From the NCBI RefSeq assembly GCF_009914755.1, contig NC_060933.1: a DNA stretch of 64,000 nucleotides; one strand, given 5' to 3'. Below, in pieces: positions 1 to 13,600 of this stretch. A program made the translations under genes and the position numbers. The notes below the pieces were generated by a model. It saw only the letters and a program-made list of their open reading frames with translations. It was not told the origin of the DNA and searched no databases. Positions within the stretch are counted from its first letter, which is position 1; the number at the start of each line of letters is the position of its first letter. This stretch comes from the human T2T-CHM13v2.0 reference genome, Homo sapiens.

Positions 1-407
1 AATGCAATGGAATGGATTCAACTTGAATGGAATGGAAAGAATGGAATCAACACGAGTGGAATGGCATGGATTGGAATGGAATGGAATGGAATCAACCCGA
101 GTACAGGGGAATGGAATGGAATGGAATGCAATGGAATGGAATCATCCGTAATGGAATGGAAAGGAATGGAATGGAATGGAATGGAATGGAATAGAATGGA
201 GTCAACTCGATTGCAATCGAATGGAATGGAATGGAATTAACCCGAATAGAATGGAATGGAATGGAATGGAACGGAACGGAATGGAATGGAATGGAATGGA
301 ATGGAATGGAACGGAACGGAAAGGAAGGGAATGGAATGGAATAGAATGGAATGGAATGGAATCAACCCGAGTACAGCGGAATGGAATGGAATGGAGTGCA
401 ATGGAAT

Positions 408-422
408 GGAATCTTCCGGAAT
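408..422. promoter_or_regulatory. Representative perfect heat-shock element match, GGAAT-CTTCC-GGAAT (nGAAn-nTTCn-nGAAn); about 34 perfect copies in the window
   Basis: Seen: exact match to the three-unit inverted nGAAn consensus. Established: the HSF1 trimer binds this consensus, and HSF1 binds SatIII in nuclear stress bodies. Occupancy of these specific sites is inference. Confidence 0.6.
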
Positions 423-3400
423 GGAATCGAATGGAATGGAATGGAATGGAATCAACCCGAGTACAATGGAATGGAGTGGAATGGAATGGAATGGAATGGA
501 ACAACCCGAATGGAATGGAATGTAATGGAGAGTAAGGGAGTTGAATAGAATCAATCCGAATGTAATGGAATGGAATGGAACGGAATGGAATTGAATGGAA
601 TGGAATGGAATGCAATGGAATGGAATCAACCCGAGTGCAATGGAATGGAGAGGAATGGAATGGAATGGAATGGAAACTACCCGAATGGAATGGAATGTAA
701 TGGAGTGTAAGGGAATTGAATAGAATCAATCCGAATGTAATGGAATGGAATGGAACGGAATGGAATGGAATGGAATGGAATGGAATGGAATGCAATGGAA
801 TGGATTCAACTTGAATGGAATGGAAAGAATGGAATCAACACGAGTGGAATGGCATGGATAGGAATGGAATCAACCCGAGTACAGGGGAATGGAATGGAAT
901 GGAATGCAATGGAATGGAATGGAATGCAATGGAATGGAATCATCCGTAATGGAATGGAAAGGAATGGAATGGAATGGAATGGAATCGAATGGAATGGAAT
1001 GGAATCAACTCGATTGCAATCGAATGGAATGGAATGGAATTAACCCGAATAGAATGGAATGGAATGGAATGGAACGGAATGGAATGGAATGGAATGGAAT
1101 GGAATGGAATGGAATGGAACGGAACGGAACGGAACGGAATGGAATGGAATGGAATGGAATGGAATCAACGCGAGTGCAGGGGAATGGAATGGAATGGAAT
1201 GCAATGGAATGGAATCATCCGGAATGGAATGGAATGGAATGGAATGCAAAGCAATGGAATCAACTCGATTGCAATGGAATGGAATGGAATGGAAAGGAAT
1301 ACATTGGAATCAAACCGAGTGGAATGGAATGGAAAGGACTGGAATGGAGTGGAATGGAATGGAATGGAATGGAATGAAATCAACTCGATTGGAATGGAAT
1401 GGAATGGAATGGAATGGAATGGAATTAACCCGAATAGAATGGAGTGGAATGGAATGGAACGGAACGGAATGGAATGGAATGGAATGGAATGGAATGGAAT
1501 GGAATGGAATGGAATCAACCCGACTGCAGGGGAATGGAATGGAATGGAATGCAATGGAATGGATTCAACTTGAATGGAATGGTAAGAATGGAATCAACAC
1601 GAGTGGAATGGCATGGATTGGAATGGAATGGAATGGAATCAACCCGAGTACAGCGGAATGGAATGGAATGGAATGCAATGGAATGGAATCATCCGTAATG
1701 GAATGGAAAGGAATGGAATGGAATGGAATGGAATGGAATGGAATGGAATGGAATCAACTCGATTGCAATCGAATGGAATGGAATGGAATTAACCCGAATA
1801 GAATGGAATGGAATTGAATGGAATGGAACGGAACGGAATGGAATGGATTGGAATGGAATGGAATGGAATGGAATGGAACGGAAAGGAATGGAATAGAATG
1901 GAATGGAATGGAATGGAATGGAATGGAATTAACCCGAATACAATGGAATGGAATGGAATGGAACGGAATGGAGTGGAATGGAATGGAAGCAACCCGAGTG
2001 CAGGGGATTAGAATGGAATGGAATGCAATGGAATGGAATCATCCGGAATGGAATGGAATGGAATGCAAAGCAATGGAATCAACTCGATTGCAATGGAATG
2101 GAATGGAATGGAAAGGAATACATTGGAATCAACCCGAGTGGAATGGAATGGAAAGGACTGGAATGGAGTGGAATGGAATGGAATGGAATGGAATGAAATC
2201 AACTCGATTGGAATGGAATGGAATGGAATGGAATGGAATGGAATGGAATGGAATTATCCCGAATAGAATGGAGTGGAATGGAATGGAACGGAACGGAATG
2301 GAATGGAAAGGAATGGAATGGAATGGAATGGAATGGAATCAACCCGACTGCAGGGGAATGGAATGGAATGGAATGCAATGGAATGGATTCAACTTGAATG
2401 GAATGGAAAGAATGGAATCAACACGAGTGGAATGGCATGGATTGGAATGGAATGGAATGGAATCAACCCGAGTACAGGGGAATGGAATGGAATGGAATGC
2501 AATGGAATGGAATCATCCGTAATGGAATGGAAAGGAATGGAATGGAATGGAATGGAATGGAATGGAATGCAATGGAATCAACTCGATTGCAATCGAATGG
2601 AATGGAATGGAATTAACCCGAATAGAATGGAATGGAATGGAATGGAACAGAACGGAATGGAATGGATCGGAATGGAATGGAATGGAATGGAATGGAACGG
2701 AAAGGAATGCAATGGAATGCAATGGAATGGAATGGAATGGAATGAATGGAATCAACGCGAGTGCAGGGGAACGGAATGGAATGGAATGCAATGGAATGGA
2801 ATCTTCCGGAATGGAATGGAATGGAATGGAATGGAATGGAATGGAATGGAATAAACCCGAGTGCAATGGAATGGAGTGGAATGGAATGGAATGGAATGGA
2901 ACAACCCGAATGGAACGGAATGGAATGGAGAGTAAGGGAGTTGAATAGAATCAATCCGAATGTAATGGAATGGAATGGAAGGGAATGGAATGGAATGGAA
3001 TGCAATGGAATGGAATGGAATGCAATGGAATGGAATCAACCCGAGTGCAATCGAATGGAATCGAATGGAATGGAATGCAATGGAATGGATTCAACTTGAA
3101 TGGAATGGAAAGAATGGAATCAACACGAGTGGAATGGCATGGATTGGAATAGAATGGAATAGAATCAATCCGCGTACAGGGGAATGGAATGGAATGGAAT
3201 GCAATGGAATGGAATCATCCGTAATGGAATGGAAAGGAATGGAATGGAATGGAATGGAATGGAATGGAATGGAATGGAATCAACTCGATTGCAATCGAAT
3301 GGAATGGAATGGAATTAACCCGAATAGAATGGCATGGAATGGAATGGAACGGAACGGAATGGAATGGAATGGAATGGAATGGAACGGAACGGAATGGAAC

Positions 3401-3800
3401 GGAATGGAATGGAATGGAATGGAATGGAATGGAATGGAATGGAATCAACGCGATTGCTGGGGAATGGAATGGAATGGAATGCAATGGAATGGAATCTTCC
3501 GGAATGGAATGGAATGGAATAGAATGGAATGAAATGCAATGGATTCAACTCGATAGCAATGGAATGGAATAGAATGGAATGGAATGGAATGGAATGGAAT
3601 GGAATGGAATGGAATTAACCCGAACAGAATGGAACGGAATGGAATGAAACGGAATGGAACGGAATGGAATGGAATGGAATGCAATGGAATGGTATGGAAT
3701 GGAATGGAATGGTACGGAATAGAATGGAATGGAACGAATTGTAATGGAATGGAATTGAATGGAATGGAATGGAATGGAATGGAATGGAATGGAATGGAAT

Positions 3801-3945
3801 CGTTCCGAGTGGAATAGGAGGGAATGTATTCGAGTGGAATGGAAAGGAATGGAATCAACCAGAGTGGAATGGAAAGGAATGGAATGGAATGGAAACTAAG
3901 AGAATGGAATCAACCCGGGTGGAATGGAATGGAAAGGACTGGAAT
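3801..3945 (+). repeat. Representative copy of the recurrent diverged cassette CGTTCCGAGTGGAATAGGAGGGAATGTATTCGAGT...CAACCAGAGT...GGAAACTAATAGAAT (14 copies seen)
   Basis: Copies start at 3801, 4691, 5971, 7774, 11738, 12922, 14311, 17001, 22448, 39340, 39585, 59236, 61742 and 63510. The cassette stays in the 5-bp register, so it is derived from the satellite itself. Confidence 0.9.
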
Positions 3946-6900
3946 GGAAAGGAATGGAATGGAATGGAATGGAATGGAATGGAATGGAATGGAATGGAAT
4001 GGAATCAACCCGAGTACAATGGAATGGAATGGAATGGAATGGAATGGAATGGAATGGAATGCAATGGAATGGAATCTTCCGGAATTGAATGGAATGGAAT
4101 GGAATGGAATGCAATGGATTCAACTCGATTGCAATGGAATGGAATAGAATGGAATGGAATGGAATTAAACCGAATAGAATGGAATGGAATGGAATGGAAC
4201 GGAACGGAACGGAATGGAACGGAGTGGAATGGAATGGAATGGAATTGTATGGAATGCAATGGAATGGTACGGAATAGAATGGAATGCAAAGAATTGGAAT
4301 GGAATGGAATTGAATGGAATGGAATGGAATCAACCAGAGTGCAGGGGAATGTAATGGAACGGAATGCAATGGAATGGAATCATCCGGAATGGAATGGAAT
4401 GCAACGGAATGAAATGGAATGGAATGGAATGGAATGGAATGCAATGGAATGGAATCAACCCGAGTACCATGGAATGGAATGGAATGGAATGGAATTGAAT
4501 GGAATGGAATGGAATGGAATGGAATGCCTTCAAACCGAATGGAATGGAAAGGAATGGAATCAACACGAATGGAATGGAATGGAATGGAATGGAATGGAAT
4601 GGAATGGAATGATACGGAATAGAATGGAATGGAACGAAATGGAATGGAATGGAATGGAATGGAATGGAATGGAATGGAATGGAATGGAATCGTTCCGAGT
4701 GGAATAGGAGGGAATGTATTCGAGTGGAATGGAAAGGAATGGAATCAACCAGAGTGGAATGGCAGGGAATGGAATGGAATGGAAACGAATAGAATGGAAT
4801 CAACCCGAGTGGAATGGAATGGAAAGGACTGGAATGGAATGGAATGGAATGGAATCAACTCGATTGTAATGGAATGGAATGGAATGGAATGGAATGGAAT
4901 GGAATTAACCCGAATACAATGGAATGCAATGGAATGGAACGGAATGGAGTGGCATGGAATGGAATCAAACCGAGTGCAGGGGAACGGAATGGAATGGAAT
5001 GCAATGGAATGGAATCATCCGGAATGGAATGGAATGGAATGGAATGGAATCAACCCGAGTGCAATCGAATGGAGTGGAATAGAATGGAATGAACCCGAGT
5101 GCAGGGGAATGGAATGGAATGAAATGCAATGGAATGGAATCATCCGTAATGGAATGGAAAGGAATGGAATGGAATGGAATGGAATGGAATGGAATCAACA
5201 CGATTGCAATCGAATGGAATGGAATGGAATTAACCCGAATAGAATGGAATGGAATGGAATGGAACGGAACGGATTGGAATAGAATGGAATTGAACGGAAC
5301 GGAGTGGAATGGAATGGAATGGAATGGAATGGAATGGAATCAACGTGAGTGCAGGGGAATGGAATGGAATGGAATGCAATGGAATGGAATCTTCCGGAAT
5401 GGAATGGAATGGAATGGAATGGAATGAAATGCAATGGATTCAACTCGATTGCAATGGAATGGAATAGAATGGAATGGAATGGAATGGAATGGAATTAATC
5501 CGAATTGAATGGAATGGAATGTAATGGAAAGGAATGGAACGGAATGGAATGGAATGGAATGGTATGGAATGGAATGGAATGGTACGGAATAGAATGGAAT
5601 GGAACGAATTGTAATGGAATGGAATTGGATGGAAAGGAATGGAATGGAATGGAATCAACGAGAGTGCAGGGGAATGTAATGGAACGGAATGCAATGGAAA
5701 GGAATCATACGGAATGGAATGGAATGGAATGGAATGGTATGGAATCAACCCGAGTGCAATGGAATGGAGTGGAATGGAATGGAATGGAATGCAATAGAAT
5801 GGAATCAACTTGAGTACAATGGAATGGAATGGAATGGAATGGAATGCAATAGAATGGAATCAACTTGAGTACAATGGAATGGAATGGAATGGAATGGAAT
5901 AAAATGGAATGATACGGAATAGAATGGAATGGAACGAAATGAAATGGAATGGAATGGAATGGAATGGAATCGTTCCGAGTGGAATAGGAGGGAATGTATT
6001 CGAGTGGAATGGAAAGGAATGGAATCAACCAGAGTGGAATGGAAGGGAATGGAATGGAATGGAAACTAATAGAATGGAATCAACCCAAGTGGAATGGAAT
6101 GGAAAGGACTGGAATGGAATGGAATGGAATAGAATCAACTCGATTGTAATGGAATGGATTGGAATGGAATGGAATGGAATGGAATGGAGTGGAATGGAAT
6201 GGAATCAACCCGAGTGCAGGGGAATGGAATGGAATGGAATGCAATGGAATGGAATCATCCGGAATGGAATGGAATGGAATGGAATGCAAAGCAATGGAAT
6301 CAACTCGATTGCAATGGAATGGAAAGGAATGGAAAGGAATAAACTGGAATCAAGCCGACTGGAATGGAATGGAAAGGACTGGAATGGAGTGGAATGGAAT
6401 GGAATGGAATGGAATGGAATCAACTCGATTGGAATGGAATGGAATGGAATGGAATGGAATGGAATGGAATGGAATTAACCCGAATAGAATGGAATGGAAT
6501 GGAATGGAATGGAAAGGAATGGAAGGGAATGGAATGGAATGGAATGGAATCAACCCGACTGCAGGGGAATGGAATGGAATGGAATGCAATGGAATGGATT
6601 CAACTTGAATGGAATGGAAAGAATGGAATCAACACGAGTGGAATGGCATGGATTGGAATGGAATGGAATGGAATCAACCCGAGTACAGGGGAATGGAATG
6701 GAATGGAATGCAATGGAATGGAATCATCCGTAATAGAATGGAAAGGAATGGAATGGAATGGAACGGAAAGGAATGGAATGGAATGGAATGGAATGCAACG
6801 GAAAGGAATGGAATGGAATGGAAAGGAATGGAATGGAATGGAATGGAATGGAATCAACGCGAGTGCAGGGGAATGGAATGGAATGGAATGCAATGAAATG

Positions 6901-9900
6901 GAATCTTCCGGAATGGAATGGAATGGAATGCAATGGAATGGAATCAACTCGATTGCAATCGAATGGAATGGAATGGAATTAACCCGAATAGAATGGAATG
7001 GAATGGAATGGAACGGAACGGAATGGAATGGAATGGAATGGAATGGAATGGAATGGAACGGAACGGAACGGAACGGAACGGAACGGAGTGGAATGGAATG
7101 GAATGGAATTGTATGGAATGGAATGGAATGGTACGGAATAGAATGGAATGGAAAGAATTGGAATGGAATGGAATCGAATGGAATGGAATGGAATCAACCC
7201 GAGTGCAGGGGAATGTAATGGAACGGAATGCAATGGAATGAAATCATCCGGAATGGAATGGAATGGAATGGAATGGAATGGAATGGAATGGAATGGAATG
7301 CAATGGAATCAACCCGAGTGCAATGGAATGGAGTCGAATGGAATTGAATGGAATGGAACAACCCGAATGGAATGGAATGTAATGGAGAGTAAGGGAGTTG
7401 AATAGAATCAATCCGAATGTAATGGAATGGAACGGAATGGAATGGAATGGAATGGAATGGAATGGAATGGAATGCAATGGAATGGAATCAACCCGAGTAC
7501 AATGGAACGGAATGGAATGGAATGGAATGGAATGGAATGGAATGGAATGGAATGGAATCAACCCGAGTGCAATGGAATGGAGAGGAATGGAATGGAATGG
7601 AATGGAAACTACCCGAATGGAATGGAATGTAATGGAGTGTAAGGGAGTTGAATAGAATCAATCCGAATGGAATGGAATGGAATGGAACGGAATGTAATGG
7701 AATGGAATGGAATGCAATCAACCCGAGTGCAGGGGAATGGAATGGAATGGAATGCAATGGAATGGAATGGAATCGTTCCGAGTGGAATAGGAGGGAATGT
7801 ATTCGAGTGGCATGGAAAGGAATGGAATCAACCAGAGTGGAATGGAAGGGAATGGAATGGAATGGAAACTAATAGAATGGAATCAACCCGAGTGGGATGG
7901 AATGGAAAGGACTGGAATAGAAAGGAATGGAATGGAATGGAGTGGAATGGAATGGAATGGAATGGAATGGAATGGAATGGAATGGAATCAACGCGAGTGA
8001 AGGGGAATGGAATGGAATGGAATGGAATGGAATGCAATGGAATGGAATCAACCCGAGTGCAATCGAATGGAATCGAATGGAATGGTATGCAATGGAATGG
8101 ATTCAACTTGAATGGAAAGGAAAGAATGGAATCAACACGAGTGGAATGCCATGGATTGGAATGGAAAGGAATGGAATCAACCCGAGTACAGGGGAATGGA
8201 ATGGAATGGAATGCAATGGAATGGAATCATCCGTAATGGAATGGAAAGGAATGGAATGGAATGGAATGGAATGGAATGGAATGGAATGGAATCAACTCGA
8301 TTGCAATCGAATGGAATGGAATGGAATTAACCCGAATAGAATGGAATGGAATGGAATGGAACGGAACGGAATGGAATGGAATGGAATGGAATGGAACGGA
8401 AAGGAATGGAATAGAATGGAATCGAATGGAATGGAATGGAATGGAATGGAATCAACGCGAGTGCAGGGGAATGGAATGGAATCGAATGGAATGGAATGGA
8501 ATGGAATGGAATGGAATCAACCCGAGTGCAGGGGAATGTAATGGAACGGAATGCAATGGAATGGAATCATCCGGAATGGAATGAAATGGAATGGAATGGA
8601 ATCAACCCGAGTGAAATGGAATGGAGTGGAATGAAATGGAATGGAATGGAACAACCCGAATGGAATGGAATGTAATGGAGAGTAAGGGAGTTGAAAAGAA
8701 TCAATCCGAATGTAATGGAATGGAATGGAACGTAATGGAATGGAATGGAATGGAATGCAATGGAATGGAATCAACCAGAGTACAATGGAATGGAATGGAA
8801 TGGAATGGAATGGAATGGAATGCAATGGAATGGAATCAACCAGAGTACAATGGAATGGAATGGAATGGAATGGAATGGAATGGAATGGAATGCAATGGAA
8901 TGGAATCTTCCGGAATGGAATGGAATGGAATGGAATGGAATGGAATGCAGTGGATTCAACTCGATTGCAATGGAATGGAATAGAATGGAATGGAATGGAA
9001 TGGAATGGAATTAAACCGAATAGAATGGAATGGAATGGAATGGAACGGAACGGAACGGAACGGAACGGAACGGAGTGGAATGGAATGGAATGGAATTGTA
9101 TGGAATGGAATGGAATGGAACGGAATAGAATGGAATGGAAAGAATTGGAATGGAATGGAATCGAATGGAATGGAATGGAATGGAATGGAATCAACCCGAG
9201 TGCAGGCGTATGTAATGGAATGGAATGCAATGGAATGGAATCATCCGGAATGGAATGGAATGGAATGGAATGGAATGGAATGGAATGGAATGGAATCAAC
9301 CCGAGTGCAATGGAATTGAGTGGAATGGAATGGAATGGAATGGAACAACCCGAATGGAATGGAATGTAATGGAGAGTAAGGGAGTTGAATAGAATCAATC
9401 CGAATGTAATGGAATGGAACGGAATGGAATGGAATGGAATCGAATGGAATGGAATGGAATGGAATCGAATGCAATGGAATGGAATCAACCCGAGTACAAT
9501 GGAACGGAATGTAATGTAATGTAATGTAATGGAATGGAAAGGAATGGAATGGAATGGAATCAACCCGAGTGCAATGGAATGGAGAGGAATGGAATGGAAT
9601 GGAATGGAAACTACACAAATGGAATGGAATGTAATGGAGTGTAAGGGAATTGAATAGAATCAATCCGAAAGGAATGGAATGGAATGGAACGGAATGGAAT
9701 GGAATGGAATGCAATGGAATGGAATCATCCGGAATGGAATGGAATGGAATGCAATGGAATGGAATGGAATGGAATCAACCCGAGTTCAATGGAATGGAGT
9801 GAAATGGAATGGAATGGAATGGAGACAACAAGAATGGATTGGAATATAATGGAGTGTAAGGGAATTGAATAGAATCAATCTGAATGTAATGAAATGGAAT

Positions 9901-10506
9901 GGAACGGAATAGAATGGAATGGAATGGAATGGAATGGAATGGAATGGAATGGAATGCAATGGAATGGAATCAACCAGAGTGCAATCGAATGGAATCGAAT
10001 GGAATGGAATGCAATGGAATGGAATGGAATGGAATCAACTCGATTGCAATCGAATGGAATGGAATGGAATTAACCCGAATATAATGGAATGGAATGGAAT
10101 GGAATGGAATGGAACGGAACGGAATGGAATGGATTGGAATGGAATGGAATGGAATGGAATGGAACGGAAAGGAATGGAATGGAATGGAATGGAATGGAAT
10201 GGAATGGAATGGAATGGAATGGAATCAATGCGAGTGCAGGGGAATGGAATGGAATGGAATGCAATGGAATGGAATCTTCCGGAATGGAATGGAATGGAAT
10301 GGAATGGAATGGAATGGAATGGAATTAACCCGAGTGCAATGGAATGGAGTGGAATGAAATGGAATGGAATGGAACAACCCGAATGGAATGGAATGTAGTG
10401 GAGAGTAAGGGAGTTGAATAGAATCAATCCGAATGTAATGGAATGGAATGGAAGGGAATGGAATGGAATGGAATGCAATGTAATGGAATGGAATGCAATG
10501 GAATGG

Positions 10507-10665
10507 AATCAACCCGAGTGCAATCGAATGGAATCGAATGGAATGGAATGCAATGGAATGGATTCAACTTGAATGGAATGGAAAGAATGGAATCAACACG
10601 AGTGGAATGGCATGGATTGGAATGGAATGGAATGGAATCAACCCGAGTACAGGGGAATGGAATGG
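10507..10665 (+). repeat. Representative ~160-bp module AATCAACCCGAGTGCAATCGAATGGAATCG...GGATTCAACTTGAAT...GGAAAGAATGGAATCAACACGAGT...CCGAGTACAGGGG (resembles chr9 SatIII/pHuR98-type sequence)
   Basis: The module recurs near 3034, 8046, 10507, 15736, 16150, 18342, 21252, 40020, 44179, 48525, 53851, 56930 and 60616. Similarity to the commonly used chr9 SatIII PCR primer is from memory and was not checked. Confidence 0.6.
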
Positions 10666-13600
10666 AATGGAATGCAATGGAATGGAATCATCCGTAATGG
10701 AATGGAAAGGAATGGAATGGAATGGAATGGAATGGAATGGAATGGAATGGAATGGAATGAAATCAACTCGATTGCAATCGAATGGAATGGAATGGAATTA
10801 ACCCGAATAGAATGGCATGGAATGGAATGGAACGGAACGGAATGGAATGGAATGGAATGGAACGGAACGGAATGGAATGGAATGGAATGGAATGGAATGG
10901 AATGGAATCAACGCGAGTGCAGGGGAATGGAATGGAATGGAATGCAATGGAATGGAATCTTCCGGAATGGAATGGAATGGAATAGAATGGAATGAAATGC
11001 AATGGATTCAACTCGATTGCAATAGAATGGAATAGAATGGAATGGAATGGAATGGAATGGAATGGAATGGAATGGAATTAACCCGAATAGAATGGAATGA
11101 AATGGAATGGAACGGAATGGAACGGAATGGAATGGAATGGAATGCAATGGAATGGTATGGAATGGAATGGAATGGTACGGAATAGAATGAAATGGAACGA
11201 ATTGTAATGGAATGGAATTGAATGGAATGGAATGGAATGGAATCAACGCGAGTGCAGGGGAATGTAATGGAACGGAATGCAATGGAATGGAATCATCCGG
11301 AATGGAATGGAATGGAATGGAATGGAATGGAATCAACCCGAGTGCAATTGAATGGAGTGGAATGGAATGGAATGGAATGGAACAACCCGAATGGAATGGA
11401 ATGTAATGGAGAGTAAGGGAGTTGAATAGAATCAATCCGAATGTAATGGAATGGAATGCAACGGAATGGAATGGAATGTAATGGAATGGAATGCAATGGA
11501 ATAGAATCAACCCGAGTACAATGGAATGGAATGGAATGCAATGGAATACCTTCAAACCGAATGGAATGGAAAGGAATGGAATCAACACGAGTGGAATGGA
11601 ATGGAATGGAATGGAATGGAATGGAATGGAATGATACGGAATAGAATGGAATGGAACAAAATGGAATGAAATGGAATGGAATGGAATGGAATGGAATGGA
11701 ATGGAATGGAATGGAATGGAATGGAATGGAATGGAATCGTTCCGAGTGGAATAGGAGGGAATGTATTCGAGTGGAATGGAAAGGAATGGAATCAACCAGA
11801 GTGGAATGGAAGGGAATGGAATGGAATGGAAACTAATAGAATGGAATCAACCCGAGTGGAATGGAATGGAAAGGACAGGAATGGAAAGGAATGGAATGGA
11901 ATGGAATGGAATGGAATGGAATGGAACGGAATCAACGCGAGTGCAGGGGAATGGAATAGAATCGAATGGAATGGAATGGAATGGAATGGAATCAACCCGA
12001 GTGCAGGGGAATGTAATGGAACGGAATGCAATGGAATGGAATCATTCGGAATGGAATGGAATGGAATGGAATGGAATCAACCCGAGTGCAATGATATGGA
12101 GTGGAATGGAATGGAATAGAATTGAAAGGAACAACCCGAATGGAATGGAATGTAATGGAGAGTAAGGGAGTTGAAAAGAATCAATCCGAATGTAATGGAA
12201 TGGAATGGATCGGAATGGAATGCAATGGAATGGAATGGAATGGAATGGAATGGAATCAACCCGAGTACAATGGAATGGAATGGAATGGAATGGAATGGAA
12301 TGGAATGCAATGGAATGGAATCTTCCGGAATTGAATGGAATGGAATGGAAAGGAATGGAATGCAATGGATTCAACTCGATTGCAATGGAATGGAATAGAA
12401 TGGAATGGAATGGAATTAAACCGAATAGAATGGAATGGAATGGAATGGAACGGAACGGAACGGAATGGAACGGAGTGGAATGGAATGGAATGGAATTGTA
12501 TGGAATGGAATGGAATGGTACGGAATAGAATGGAATGCAAAGAATTGGAATGGAATGGAATGGAATGGAATGGAATCAACCAGAGTGCAGGGGAATGTAA
12601 TGGAACGGAATGCAATGGAATGGAATCATCCGGAATGGAATGGAATGCAACGGAATGAAATGGAATGGAATGGAATGGAATGTAATGGAATGGAATCAAC
12701 CCGAGTACAATGGAATGGAATGGAATGGAATGGAATGGAATGGAATGGAATGCCTTCAAACCGAATGGAATGGAAAGGAATGGAATCAACACGAATGGAA
12801 TGGAATGGAATGGAATGGAATGGAATGGAATGGAATGGAATGATACGGAATAGAATGGAATGGAACGAAATGGAATGGAATGGAATGGAATGGAATGGAA
12901 TGGAATGGAATGGAATGGAATCGTTCCGAGTGGAATAGGAGGGAATGTATTCGAGTGGAATGGAAAGGAATGGAATCAACCAGAGTGCAATGGAAGGGAA
13001 TGGAATGGAATGGAAACTAATAGAATGGAATCAACCCGAGTGGAATGGAATGGAAAGGACTGGAATGGAATGGAATGGAATGGAATGGAATGGAATCAAC
13101 TCGATTGTAATGGAATGGAATGGAATGGAATGGAATGGAATGGAATGGAATTAACCCGAATACAATGGAATGGAATGGAATGGAATGGAATGGAGTGGAA
13201 TGGAATGGAATCAACCCGAGTGCAGGGGAACGGAATGGAATGGAATGCAATGGAATGGAATCATCCGGAATGGAATGGAATGGAATGGAATGGAATCAAA
13301 CCGAGTGCAATGCAATGGAGTGGAATGGAATGGAATCAACCCGAGTGCAGGGGAATGGAATGGAATGGAATGCAATGGAATGGAATCATTGGTAATGGAA
13401 TGGAAAGGAATGGAATGGAATGGAATGGAATGGAATGGAATGGAATCAACACGATTGCAATCGAATGGAATGGAATGGAATTAACCCGAATAGAATGGAA
13501 TGGAATGGAATGGAACGGAACGGATTGGAATAGAATGGAATTGAACGGAACGGAATGGAATGGAATGGAATGGAATGGAATGGAATGGAATCAACGTGAG

